DNA of 64,000 nt from Bdellovibrionota bacterium. Lineage in GTDB: Bacteria; Bdellovibrionota; UBA2428. The stretch is from contig CAXNGS010000006.1 in the NCBI GenBank assembly GCA_964202055.1, forward strand, positions 32,426 to 96,425. Reading direction: 5' to 3'. Positions 8,997-17,922 of this stretch are shown here, piece by piece (position 1 is the stretch's first letter; each line of letters opens with the position of its first letter). Below the pieces are notes generated by a model, which had not been told where the DNA came from, searched no databases, and saw only the letters and a list, made by a program, of their open reading frames with translations. A program made the translations under genes and the position numbers.

Positions 8997-10367
8997 ATGG
9001 AAATACCTGAACTGAACGTAAACAATCCGCAGTTAGCTAAAGCGTTTGATAAAATCGCGCGGCTTGAAAACACCAAGCTTAACAAATTTGATGAAAAAGT
9101 TTCCAAAGAAGATAACAAACTAAAGTTGGTTCAGGATCTAAAAAATAAATTCTCGAAGATCCGAGAGACCATGGTTCCCTTTCAAACCCCCGCTGATTTT
9201 CGAGATCTCAAGGGATCTTCGTCCAACGAAGATGTTCTAAAAGTTTCCGGCGTGGATAAGGCCATCGCTAAGCCCGGTTCATATGAAATCGAAGTGCTCA
9301 ATTTGGCGAATTCAAACTCAATCATGACTTATGGATTGCCTGATCGCGATCGCTCGGAAGTTGGGGTTGGTTATATTTCCTTCAAAGATTTTGAAGGTGA
9401 ATCCCACGAAGTTTACATCAATCACTCGAACAACACGCTCGATGGAGTGGCTCGCACGATCAACGACGCCAACATTGGAGTGAAAGCTTATGTGGTCAAT
9501 GATGGAACCGACGCCGACAATCCATGGCGAATCATTTTGAATGGCGATGGCACTGGCTGGAAAAAAGATTACGAGTGGCCCAATTTTTATTTTGTGGGCG
9601 GCGACTTTGATTTGGACGTTGATCGGATTCGCGAAGCTAAGAGTGCAACCATACGCTTCAACGGTCAACCCTTGATGGCCGATGAAAACACCCTGAAAAA
9701 TTTATTACCCGGCGTGAACATCGATTTGAAAAACGCACGGCCCGGCGAAATTATTAAAGTCGACGTGCAGCCTGACTTTGAAAAAATCGAAGCCAAAGCC
9801 AAATCTTTTGTTGATTCTACAAACGCAGTGCTCGATTTCATTCAGCAACAAAACAAGCTGACTAGTGACAGCAGCAAAGATCCCACCAAAGCGTTGGGCG
9901 GCGATGTTGGATTACAGACCATTGAAAGCCGTTTGCGATTTGTGCTGCAACAATCTGAAGAAAAACTAGGCAACACCAACATCCGGGGAATTCGCGATTT
10001 AGGAATTGTCTTCAATCGCAATGGAACCTTGGATTACGACCCCAAAAAATTCCAAAAGACCTTGCAAGATAATTTCGAAGAAGTTTCTACGCTTTTTGCG
10101 GGCGATGGCGAAATCGGCGGATTTTCTCAAGACATGGTGAAGTTAGTCGACGGGGTCACTCGTGGCGGTGACGGAATGTTGTCTTTACGCGAGGCCAATT
10201 CAAAAAGTAAAATTAAAAAACTGGAAACGGATAAAGAGCGAGCGACTCAATTGGCGGAAACTCGCCTGCAACGAGTGCGCGTTCAATTTGGCCGTGCCGA
10301 TCAAGCGTTTGAGCGAATGCAGCAAATGAAGGGTTCTCTGCCTGGCGGAATGCCGGGTGGCGCATAA
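8997..10367 (+). CDS. fliD: Flagellar filament cap protein FliD (hook-associated protein 2)
   Basis: 456 aa with coiled-coil N- and C-termini. Central block YEIEVLNLANSN...LDGVARTINDANIGVKAYVVNDG is typical of FliD. Immediately upstream of fliS. Confidence 0.8.
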   Translation: MEIPELNVNNPQLAKAFDKIARLENTKLNKFDEKVSKEDNKLKLVQDLKNKFSKIRETMVPFQTPADFRDLKGSSSNEDVLKVSGVDKAIAKPGSYEIEVLNLANSNSIMTYGLPDRDRSEVGVGYISFKDFEGESHEVYINHSNNTLDGVARTINDANIGVKAYVVNDGTDADNPWRIILNGDGTGWKKDYEWPNFYFVGGDFDLDVDRIREAKSATIRFNGQPLMADENTLKNLLPGVNIDLKNARPGEIIKVDVQPDFEKIEAKAKSFVDSTNAVLDFIQQQNKLTSDSSKDPTKALGGDVGLQTIESRLRFVLQQSEEKLGNTNIRGIRDLGIVFNRNGTLDYDPKKFQKTLQDNFEEVSTLFAGDGEIGGFSQDMVKLVDGVTRGGDGMLSLREANSKSKIKKLETDKERATQLAETRLQRVRVQFGRADQAFERMQQMKGSLPGGMPGGA

Positions 10368-10386
10368 GGGACTTTGGGGGGAATAA

Positions 10387-10788
10387 ATGAGTTACGGGGC
10401 AAAGACTTACAAAAAAACTTCAATCACAACCGCAAGCCGCGAGAAGATTCTGCTGATGCTCTATGAAGGCTGCATCAAGAATTTAAAAATGGCTAAGAAA
10501 GCGATTGAAGAAAAAAACATTCCTGAAAAATGCAAACACATCGTCAAAGCCCACGATATTATTTTGGAGCTCACCAATTCATTGGATCACTCCAAGGGCC
10601 CCGAAGTGGCCGAACAATTAGAATCACTTTATTCTTTTGCGATTTCGCAGCTTCTTCACGCCAATTTGCACAGCGATGCCAATGCGATCGATTCAGTTTT
10701 AAAAATCATGGGAACTTTGTACGAAGGCTGGATCGTCGCCGTTGAAGAGACCAAAAAACAGGGAGCTTCTAACAATGAAAATCGATAA
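10387..10788 (+). CDS. fliS: Flagellin-specific chaperone FliS
   Basis: 133 aa. YKKTSITTASREKILLMLYEGCIKNLKMAKKAIE...HIVKAHDIILELTNSLD matches the FliS four-helix pattern. Confidence 0.85.
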   Translation: MSYGAKTYKKTSITTASREKILLMLYEGCIKNLKMAKKAIEEKNIPEKCKHIVKAHDIILELTNSLDHSKGPEVAEQLESLYSFAISQLLHANLHSDANAIDSVLKIMGTLYEGWIVAVEETKKQGASNNENR

Positions 10789-11119
10789 AAATCATCTGCT
10801 CATTAAACTGGCTGACATCGATCATAAGTTGATGAATCTATGGATCAACGAAGACGTCGAAATTAACGACGACGATCGTTGGGAGATATTTGTGGTGCTG
10901 CTCGAAACTCGAGTAGAAATTTTGAGTGTCTTTAAAGATGCCGGAATTGCGCTGACGGCCGAGCAGTGTGTGCCCCAGTGGCTGGAAAAAATGACCAACC
11001 ATCGCAAAGAATTTCGACTTCGGGAACTGCGCCAAATGGGCGAGCGATTGCGCCGTAATAAGAAAAAATACGAGGCTTATGAGGACGTGTCGGACCTTAA
11101 GAACGAAGGAAAAAAATAA
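10775..11119 (+). CDS. Hypothetical small helical protein in the position often held by FliT
   Basis: ATG 10775 overlaps the fliS end by 14 nt. Charged helical sequence with a basic tail. No family motif recognised. Confidence 0.4.
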   Translation: MKIDKNHLLIKLADIDHKLMNLWINEDVEINDDDRWEIFVVLLETRVEILSVFKDAGIALTAEQCVPQWLEKMTNHRKEFRLRELRQMGERLRRNKKKYEAYEDVSDLKNEGKK

Positions 11120-11887
11120 GTGAAATTCGTTGAAGCCGCACGCTTGTTGTACGCCGAAGGTTCCGGCGGCGAAGCCGTAACCCTTTTAGAACACGCAAGA
11201 GATTCCTCAGCGCCTGAAGAGTATTTAGCTCTGCTCGCGCTTTTGGAAGTGGGCTGTCTCCATGATATGGCGGGAACTCATCAATACATTCAGCGAGATT
11301 TATTTCCAACTATTTTTACTTCGGAGTTTTGGACTCGAAGAAGCCTGGCTGAGCAGGGAAATTTTTTCGAATGGGCGGGATTGATTGCATTTGGTGCGGC
11401 TTCTTTTGAAGATTCCGCTGAATGTCTTTCGCGCGCTGCCAGTCTTGGTCGTGACAGTTCGCTATTGTGGCGAATGCTTGGAACTCTTTGTTTAGATCGC
11501 TCGGATTTTGATTTGGGCGTTCGCTATTTAAAAAGAAGTTTGCAGCTTTTGCGACAAACCGACCTTGGCCTTTTAGGAGGCCGCGAATTTCAAATCGGCT
11601 TTTTCACTAACCGCACATTCTTTTCGGAATCTTTGGATGTCGCCGAATACATGAGAATGCTTTTGACGGTTACCAAGGTCGCCAAAGGGCGAAAAAATCT
11701 GAAGATTGCCCGCGAATTACTGATTGAGATGATTCACCAATTTCCCACCGAACGTCGTTTGGGCCAGATTCGATTGATGGTTGAAAAGAACATCGTCGAA
11801 TCGAGCGTTTTAAATCTAGGAACCTCGAGGTCCGGCATTGAGGGGTCGCGAATTCCATTGATTAGCCGACGCTCGATCGATATTTAA
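11120..11887 (+). CDS. Hypothetical TPR-like helical-repeat protein
   Basis: GTG start directly abutting the previous stop. TPR-like segments (FEDSAECLSRAASLGRDSSLLWRMLGTLCLDRSDFDLGVRYLKRSLQL). Confidence 0.45.
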   Translation: MKFVEAARLLYAEGSGGEAVTLLEHARDSSAPEEYLALLALLEVGCLHDMAGTHQYIQRDLFPTIFTSEFWTRRSLAEQGNFFEWAGLIAFGAASFEDSAECLSRAASLGRDSSLLWRMLGTLCLDRSDFDLGVRYLKRSLQLLRQTDLGLLGGREFQIGFFTNRTFFSESLDVAEYMRMLLTVTKVAKGRKNLKIARELLIEMIHQFPTERRLGQIRLMVEKNIVESSVLNLGTSRSGIEGSRIPLISRRSIDI

Positions 11888-11892
11888 GGGGC

Positions 11893-12591
11893 ATGACCCT
11901 TTGGGTTCAAAACTTATTAGACGGGGTGACTCGAGCGAATCCCGATAGTTCGCTTGAGAGCTCTGGAGCCACTGCTTCTGATGCGATCATCGATTTAACG
12001 AATAGTGCTTTCCCTTTGCGTTGGCGCAGCCCCATTGAATGGGCACACAATGCAATCAAAGATTTACCGGCTTTTATGATCGATCACGCGGCCTGTGAAC
12101 GCAAAGTTTCAGCTACCTGCATGACCTTTGTCGTGAAGTATCCAGATCGTCCTGAATTTGTAGAGGCCATGATCCAAGTGGCTATCGAAGAAATGGAACA
12201 TTTTCAGCAGGTCTTTCGAATTTTGCGCTCTCGAAATTTGACCCTAGGGCCGGACACCAAGACTGAATATGTTAATCGCTTCTTGCAACTCAATCGCACG
12301 TCTCCAGAAGATCGATTTTTAGATCGAATGCTTTGCTTTGGAATCATTGAAGCTCGGGGCTGCGAGCGTTTTGCTTTGATCGGCGAGGCTTTGGCCCGAG
12401 AAAACCGTGAGCCGGAATTAAGCGCTTTCTACAAAGATTTGGCCCGCGAAGAAGCAAAGCATTTCGGTATATTTTTGCGATACGCCAAGACTTATTTTCC
12501 ATCGCCGGTTGTCGAGGCTCGGCTCCAAGAGTTGCTCGATCAAGAGTCTTTGATCATCAAAGAATTACCCTGGAGACATGCTCTACATTGA
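11893..12591 (+). CDS. miaE: tRNA-(ms2io6A)-hydroxylase MiaE (ferritin-like diiron)
   Basis: DHAACERKVSATCM, AIEEMEHFQQV, IIEARGCERFALI and LAREEAKHF give two ExxH diiron motifs in the MiaE arrangement. Confidence 0.8.
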   Translation: MTLWVQNLLDGVTRANPDSSLESSGATASDAIIDLTNSAFPLRWRSPIEWAHNAIKDLPAFMIDHAACERKVSATCMTFVVKYPDRPEFVEAMIQVAIEEMEHFQQVFRILRSRNLTLGPDTKTEYVNRFLQLNRTSPEDRFLDRMLCFGIIEARGCERFALIGEALARENREPELSAFYKDLAREEAKHFGIFLRYAKTYFPSPVVEARLQELLDQESLIIKELPWRHALH

Positions 12592-13825
12592 TTCGGGGAC
12601 GGCTGAGCGGCCGATTCCCATGGTCGGCGGCTCTAGGGCGTGGACTGATTCCAAATGGTCCAGCGCGATCGTGGTTCCTTTGCGGGCTGAAAATGGTGAG
12701 CGAGTCCTTCGGCTGATTTCGTCGCTTAGAGCCGCCCTTGAATTTCAAAAACCTGAGTTTCCCACTTTGTTAGTTTTGGTTTTAAATTCTTTGAAGTCAA
12801 AGCTTGAAGCTGAGGCTTTGCTTAATCAAGAATTGCGGCAAACGCTGAGCGGCTTGAAAGATTTGAACTTCGATATTGTTTTGTTGGATCACGCCCATGA
12901 GGGCCGCAGCTTCAATGAAAAATCCGGAGTTGGATTAGCTCGAAAAATTGGCTGCGATTTTGCGGCTGATTTAATCAAGAGTGGCCAGGTTCGAGATTCA
13001 TGGATTCGTTGCACCGATGCAGATGCTCAGGTGTCTCATAATTATCTCTCAGAAATTCCTGTCAAAAGTGGAGCTCTGATTTATCCCTTCCGCCATTCCT
13101 TTGATGCTCAGAATCCGGCTCAAGCTCGAGCCGCCCTTCTGTACGATGCCTATTTGCGATATCTGCGATTAGGAATGGTGGCCGCAAGATCCACGTTTGC
13201 CTATCACAGCATTGGGAGTTTGATTGCGGTTCACGCCGACAGTTATCGTGTGGCCCGCGGTTTCCCGGATTATCAGGCAGGGGAAGATTTTTACTTCTTA
13301 AATAAAATTCGCAAACTCGCACCGGTTCAATGGTGTGGTGATGTGGATCCGGTGATTCTTGAGGGACGGATTTCGAATCGTGTGCCCTTTGGAACCGGTC
13401 GATCGATTATAAAAATATTAAGCGAGGGTGAAAATTCTTGGAGTTTTTATCATCCCGAAAGTTTTCGTATCTTGGGCCAAGCTCTCGAGGCTCTCCAAGA
13501 AAGTCGTGGTGTTTTTAGCAGGGAAAAATCGCCTGAGTTCTATGATTTCTGTCAGTCCCGCAAGATGATCGAGAAGTTCGCCAACATTGCTCGACAGTGC
13601 AAAAGCCCAGCGCAATGGCAGTCGCGCTGCTTGGAATTGTTCGACGGCTTTGAACAGATGAAGTTCCTGCACTATTTACGCGACCACGGTCATCCTGCGC
13701 TCAATTGGGGCCAAGCGGCGAGTGAGTCTTGGTTTTTAGAATCAAAAATTCGTCAATTTTCTGGCGATTTAGCTGGGTGGCAGCAGTCTTTAGTCGCGCT
13801 CGATGAGTCGACGCCCTTCGTCTAA
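12578..13825 (+). CDS. GT-A fold (family 2-like) glycosyltransferase
   Basis: AIVVPLRAENGE, GVGLARKIGCDFA, DxD-type CTDADAQV, AGEDFYFLNKIR. Overlaps miaE by 14 nt. Confidence 0.55.
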   Translation: MLYIDSGTAERPIPMVGGSRAWTDSKWSSAIVVPLRAENGERVLRLISSLRAALEFQKPEFPTLLVLVLNSLKSKLEAEALLNQELRQTLSGLKDLNFDIVLLDHAHEGRSFNEKSGVGLARKIGCDFAADLIKSGQVRDSWIRCTDADAQVSHNYLSEIPVKSGALIYPFRHSFDAQNPAQARAALLYDAYLRYLRLGMVAARSTFAYHSIGSLIAVHADSYRVARGFPDYQAGEDFYFLNKIRKLAPVQWCGDVDPVILEGRISNRVPFGTGRSIIKILSEGENSWSFYHPESFRILGQALEALQESRGVFSREKSPEFYDFCQSRKMIEKFANIARQCKSPAQWQSRCLELFDGFEQMKFLHYLRDHGHPALNWGQAASESWFLESKIRQFSGDLAGWQQSLVALDESTPFV

Positions 13826-13908
13826 GAATTTTTTCATTTTCGACTCAACTTTATAAAAGCAACGTCCGATCTAACTCTAGAGCCAAAAGCTCATAAGGAG
13901 AGACAAGG

Positions 13909-14148
13909 ATGCTCGTTTTAACTAGAAAGATCGGTGAGTCGATATCGATTGATGACAATATCAAGATCACCGTTGTCCAAATCAAGGGCAAGCAGGTTCG
14001 GATTGGCATCGACGCTCCCAAAGAAACCAAAATTTATCGCGAAGAAGTTTACACCGCGATTCAAGACGAAAACCGCGCAGCGGTTGAATCGATGAAAACA
14101 GACTTTAAGAAAATTAAATCGGACAAATTCGGCAACACAGGAACTTAG
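13909..14148 (+). CDS. csrA: Carbon storage regulator CsrA (flagellar-type)
   Basis: MLVLTRKIGESISIDDNIKITVVQIKGKQVRIGIDAPKETKIYREEVY is near-canonical CsrA. SD AAGGAG lies upstream. Confidence 0.95.
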   Translation: MLVLTRKIGESISIDDNIKITVVQIKGKQVRIGIDAPKETKIYREEVYTAIQDENRAAVESMKTDFKKIKSDKFGNTGT

Positions 14149-14157
14149 ATCAAGAGC

Positions 14158-14204
14158 GATCCGCATGATGCGGATCCACTAACGGCACTAGGAAGGAGCC
14201 AGGT
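14158..14204 (+). promoter_or_regulatory. csrA-fliW intergenic hairpin plus GGA-GGA Shine-Dalgarno region (candidate CsrA binding/processing site)
   Basis: GATCCGCA-TGA-TGCGGATC perfect 8-bp stem (14158-14176). It is followed by ACTAGGAAGGAGCC, with GGA at 14191-14193 and 14195-14197, just upstream of fliW ATG 14205. Confidence 0.35.
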
Positions 14205-14753
14205 ATGCAGATCGAGACACTTAGATTTGGAACCATTAACTACTCACAAGAACATTTGATTCATTTTCGAGACGGAATGATTGGTCTCGCGAAGATGAAA
14301 GATTATCTGATTGTTGAATCGGCAAACTCGCCACTCATTCTATGGCTGCAATCGATTCAAGATGCCAAAGTCGCCTTTCCACTAGTCGAGCCCTATTTTT
14401 TCGGGCGAGATTACAAAATCACCATGAACGATGCTGAACGTTTGTCGCTAGGTTTAAATCCCGGCGAACGCAGCAAAGTGATGGTGATCCTGACGATCCC
14501 TAATCAAATTGAAAACATGACGGTCAACATGAAAGCACCGATTGTTTTCAACGTTGAAAAATCGGTGGGCACTCAGGTGGTGTTGCAAGATAAAAATTTC
14601 CAAGTCCGAACACCGGCCTACGAAATTTTTGCACGCGCCACTAACGCGATTGCTACCAATCACACTGATTCGGCCGCCCAAGAAGAATGGTTGCCGATTC
14701 GTTTGGGAGGAAGGGAACAGTCTGCTGAAAATTCAGCGGCCGTTGCCATCTAA
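14205..14753 (+). CDS. fliW: Flagellar assembly factor FliW (CsrA antagonist)
   Basis: FGTINYSQEHLIHFRDGMIGLAKMKDYLIVE...LILWLQSIQDAKVAFPLVEP and NMKAPIVFN are typical FliW blocks. Adjacent to csrA. Confidence 0.85.
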   Translation: MQIETLRFGTINYSQEHLIHFRDGMIGLAKMKDYLIVESANSPLILWLQSIQDAKVAFPLVEPYFFGRDYKITMNDAERLSLGLNPGERSKVMVILTIPNQIENMTVNMKAPIVFNVEKSVGTQVVLQDKNFQVRTPAYEIFARATNAIATNHTDSAAQEEWLPIRLGGREQSAENSAAVAI

Positions 14754-14757
14754 TCAC

Positions 14758-15270
14758 ATGAAAAACTTTGGGCGTGTATTTACGGTTCTGATCAGCCTTA
14801 GCGCAATGAACTCATTGGCTACGGGCATCAGCCGCGAGTATCGGGCCCTTGGCTTAGAATTGCACTCAGAAAACACATCTTTTGAAGCCATGGTCCAACA
14901 GCGGCAAAACGTCTCTCGCGGACCGGCATCGGTTGCCGGTAAATTTCGGGTCATTAGTGTTCGCCGAGAATTGGGATTAACTCGTCGAGCTGCGGAAGCG
15001 GCTCCCGTCGATATCATCATCAATGCAGGGGATGAAGCTGGATTGGATCCCGGAACGGTTTTGCGAGTCTTCCGAAAAATTTCAGTGATCGATCCCTATC
15101 AAGATAATTTGCAGCGAGAAATCGACATTCCTTTTGCGATTGTGAAAATAAAGCACTCGGACTCTGGAATTGCGATCGCGCGCATTGAGAAAATCGACAC
15201 AATTTCACAAGGGGTTTCTCTTGGCGTTCGCGGCGTGCTGATCGGCGATTTCGTCGGATTTCAGGAATAG
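14758..15270 (+). CDS. Hypothetical secreted protein
   Basis: ATG 14758, 5 nt after the fliW stop. Signal peptide MKNFGRVFTVLISLSAMNSLATG. The track ORF 14542.. is an extension overlapping fliW. Confidence 0.5.
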   Translation: MKNFGRVFTVLISLSAMNSLATGISREYRALGLELHSENTSFEAMVQQRQNVSRGPASVAGKFRVISVRRELGLTRRAAEAAPVDIIINAGDEAGLDPGTVLRVFRKISVIDPYQDNLQREIDIPFAIVKIKHSDSGIAIARIEKIDTISQGVSLGVRGVLIGDFVGFQE

Positions 15271-15280
15271 CGACAATAAA

Positions 15281-16012
15281 TTAATTTACGTCTTTGCTGC
15301 CCTTAAGCGTTGGAATGAATTTCAGCTCAATGTCGGACGCAGGAACAAAAACCGGCGGTGAAAAGTTTTCAGCCAAATCTTCTTCGGTGATCATCACTTC
15401 GTCTCGAAGTGGACCTAAGATATCAGTGATTCGATTGATAATGGTCTCGACCGCGGTCAGCGGGTCTTTGTCGGCAAAATTTGAGTAAAACGAATCACAA
15501 ACTTCTCGAATTTTCGCGGGCGATAATTGTTGGATCATGTCAGGCGTGCGCAAAATCTCAATTTTTCGCTCGGATTCAGAAATGTAAACCAAGATCATCG
15601 GAATGGTGGGATTGGAGTGGTATTCGTAAAAATAAGCTCGAGCCTTTTGTTGGACGCGTGTTTCTGCCAAATTTTTAAATAACTTTCGGAGCCACAATGA
15701 TTTACGGGTGTGAAACAATCCAAATCCCGTGAATCCCAAAAGTGGAAAAACGTAGAGGTCGATTCCGATGTCTAAATTAAAAACTTTTAAAAAGAGTCCG
15801 AAAAAAGAGCCAACGCTGACCCCTACAAAGGAAAACAAAAAAAGCAGCTCCGAATAGGGATCACTTTCCTCAGCCACCACGAAAACCAAGTTTAGTTTAA
15901 GCCGGGTGGACGCTGCTTCGAGTAAAATGGAAAGCTTGTCTTGCCATTCTTTGCGCCACTGGTGTTTTCGAAGTTTTTTACGAAAGAGCATCAAGTGTAT
16001 GAAATTAGTCAT
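15281..16012 (-). CDS. Hypothetical membrane protein with a TPM-like C-terminal domain
   Basis: Two or three TM helices in the middle. The C-terminal ILVYISESERKIEILRTPD resembles the TPM/repair-domain pattern. Weak assignment. Confidence 0.4.
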   Translation of the reverse strand: MTNFIHLMLFRKKLRKHQWRKEWQDKLSILLEAASTRLKLNLVFVVAEESDPYSELLFLFSFVGVSVGSFFGLFLKVFNLDIGIDLYVFPLLGFTGFGLFHTRKSLWLRKLFKNLAETRVQQKARAYFYEYHSNPTIPMILVYISESERKIEILRTPDMIQQLSPAKIREVCDSFYSNFADKDPLTAVETIINRITDILGPLRDEVMITEEDLAENFSPPVFVPASDIELKFIPTLKGSKDVN

Positions 16013-16164
16013 AAATATCTAATTAGTAAAAGAATTGGGGGGCCAAGAATTTGGACTCTTTCTGCCAAGTCCCAAGACTGGTCAAAAGTTCTCAAGATCG
16101 ACGCGCTAATTTCTTGTTGAGAGGGGGCCTTCTTGATAGACACCCGAACTGGCGGAGGCATTTG

Positions 16165-17091
16165 ATGAATTCCTTAAGCAATTCAAACCTTAAACGGCTG
16201 GTCGGTTCTTTTTTATGGGGCCTGATTTTCATGGTCGGGTGCTCTAAAAACAGTGCACCACTGGGCAGTGCTGATAATCCGGTAAAATTCTTTTTTGTCC
16301 CTTCGATTGATGCTCAAAGATTGGCCGACAAAGGACACTTGGTTGAGAAATACCTGAACGCTAACACTCCCTATGTTTATAAAATTGGAGTGCCGTCGAG
16401 TTACATCGCAGTCGTGGAATCATTCGGAACCAAGCGCGCTGACATTGCGACCCTCAACCCCTTTACTTATATATTGGCCAACGAAAAATACGGCGCCCAT
16501 GCCGTGATCACGCCCATTCGAGCGGGATCGGAAACCTATTCTGGGCAAATTGTGGTTCGCGCCGATAGTGGGATTAAAACGATTAAAGATCTGCAAGGAA
16601 AAAAATTCGCCTTTGTGGATCCCGTTTCAACCAGTGGATTTCTACTTCCTGGAAAATTAATCAAAGACGCTAATGTAACCTTGGGTGAAACCGTTTTTGC
16701 TCAACGCCACGACAATGTCATCAGCATGGTTTACCAAAAACAAGTCGACGCCGGTGCTACTTTTTACTCGCCGCCCGAGGATGGGAAAATTCAAGACGCT
16801 CGTCGCTTGGTTGTGACCCAATATCCGGACATCGAAAAGAAAGTTGTGGTTTTAACTCTGACTGATTCGATTCCTAATGATCCAATCGTGGTTCGCAAGG
16901 ACTTGCCTGTTGAAATTCGCGACACCACAGTCAAAGCGCTTCTGGCTTATATGCAAACTGAAGAGGGCAAGGCTGTTTTCTACGATCTTTATGGAATGAC
17001 CGGAATGGTGGCAAGTTCCGACGCTCGTTACGATGCGATCCGTAATGTGTTGACCGCTATGGGGAAATCCGCAGCGGAATTGGTTAAGTAA
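16165..17091 (+). CDS. phnD: Phosphonate/phosphite ABC transporter substrate-binding lipoprotein PhnD
   Basis: GGAGG at 16154 before ATG 16165. Lipobox MVGCSKN. FAFVDPVSTSGFLLP is a PhnD-type block. Followed by phnC and phnE. Confidence 0.8.
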   Translation: MNSLSNSNLKRLVGSFLWGLIFMVGCSKNSAPLGSADNPVKFFFVPSIDAQRLADKGHLVEKYLNANTPYVYKIGVPSSYIAVVESFGTKRADIATLNPFTYILANEKYGAHAVITPIRAGSETYSGQIVVRADSGIKTIKDLQGKKFAFVDPVSTSGFLLPGKLIKDANVTLGETVFAQRHDNVISMVYQKQVDAGATFYSPPEDGKIQDARRLVVTQYPDIEKKVVVLTLTDSIPNDPIVVRKDLPVEIRDTTVKALLAYMQTEEGKAVFYDLYGMTGMVASSDARYDAIRNVLTAMGKSAAELVK

Positions 17092-17118
17092 GCACTGATT
17101 TAAAAGGAATTCATAACA

Positions 17119-17907
17119 ATGGCTCAACAGGAAAATCTTTTAGAAGTTGTTGGTTTGAAGAAAACCTATCCTAATGGGGTGAAGGCGCTCAAAGGCGTTT
17201 CCTTCAACGTGAAAAAAGGCGAATTTTTGGTGATCATCGGGCTGAGTGGTTCGGGAAAATCAACGATGCTTCGCTGTTTGAATCGGCTCAACGATCCGGA
17301 CTTGGACACCGTCAAGATTCAATTTGAAGGCGTTAACTACGCGGCCGCTGATATCACTTCGGCTCAAGTCATGGGACTCAGGGCTCGAATTGGGATGGTG
17401 TTTCAGCACTTCAATTTAATTGATCGTCACAGCGTTTTGAGCAACGTTTTGATGGGCGGGTTGTCACGCAATTCGATTTTGAAAAGTCTTTTTGGAATTT
17501 GGAGCGCGGAAGAAAAAAACCGAGCGCTGCAACTTTTAGATTTGGTCGGTATCCGCGAAAAGGCCTACATTCGCGCGGGGCAACTTTCCGGCGGCCAACA
17601 GCAGCGAGTCGCGATAGCGCGGGCCTTGAATCAAAATCCGAAATTATTATTAGCCGACGAGCCGGTGGCAAGCTTGGATCCCGCGACTTGTCACACGGTC
17701 ATGGATTATTTGCAAAAAGTGAATCGAGAATTGGGCGTCACGATCATTTGCAATCTGCACTTTTTAAGTTTGGTTCGCCAATACGCCTCTCGAGTGATTG
17801 CTTTGAAGGCGGGAGAAATCATCTATGACGGGTCCCCCGATCAAATTGATGATCAGTGGTTTAAAAAGATCTTTGGCGAAAGCGCTAAAGACGTTCACAT
17901 TCGATAG
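17119..17907 (+). CDS. phnC: Phosphonate ABC transporter ATP-binding protein PhnC
   Basis: Walker A GLSGSGKST, signature LSGGQQQRVAIARAL, Walker B LLLADEP. Confidence 0.85.
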   Translation: MAQQENLLEVVGLKKTYPNGVKALKGVSFNVKKGEFLVIIGLSGSGKSTMLRCLNRLNDPDLDTVKIQFEGVNYAAADITSAQVMGLRARIGMVFQHFNLIDRHSVLSNVLMGGLSRNSILKSLFGIWSAEEKNRALQLLDLVGIREKAYIRAGQLSGGQQQRVAIARALNQNPKLLLADEPVASLDPATCHTVMDYLQKVNRELGVTIICNLHFLSLVRQYASRVIALKAGEIIYDGSPDQIDDQWFKKIFGESAKDVHIR

Positions 17908-17922
17908 GTTGGGAATGAAAAA

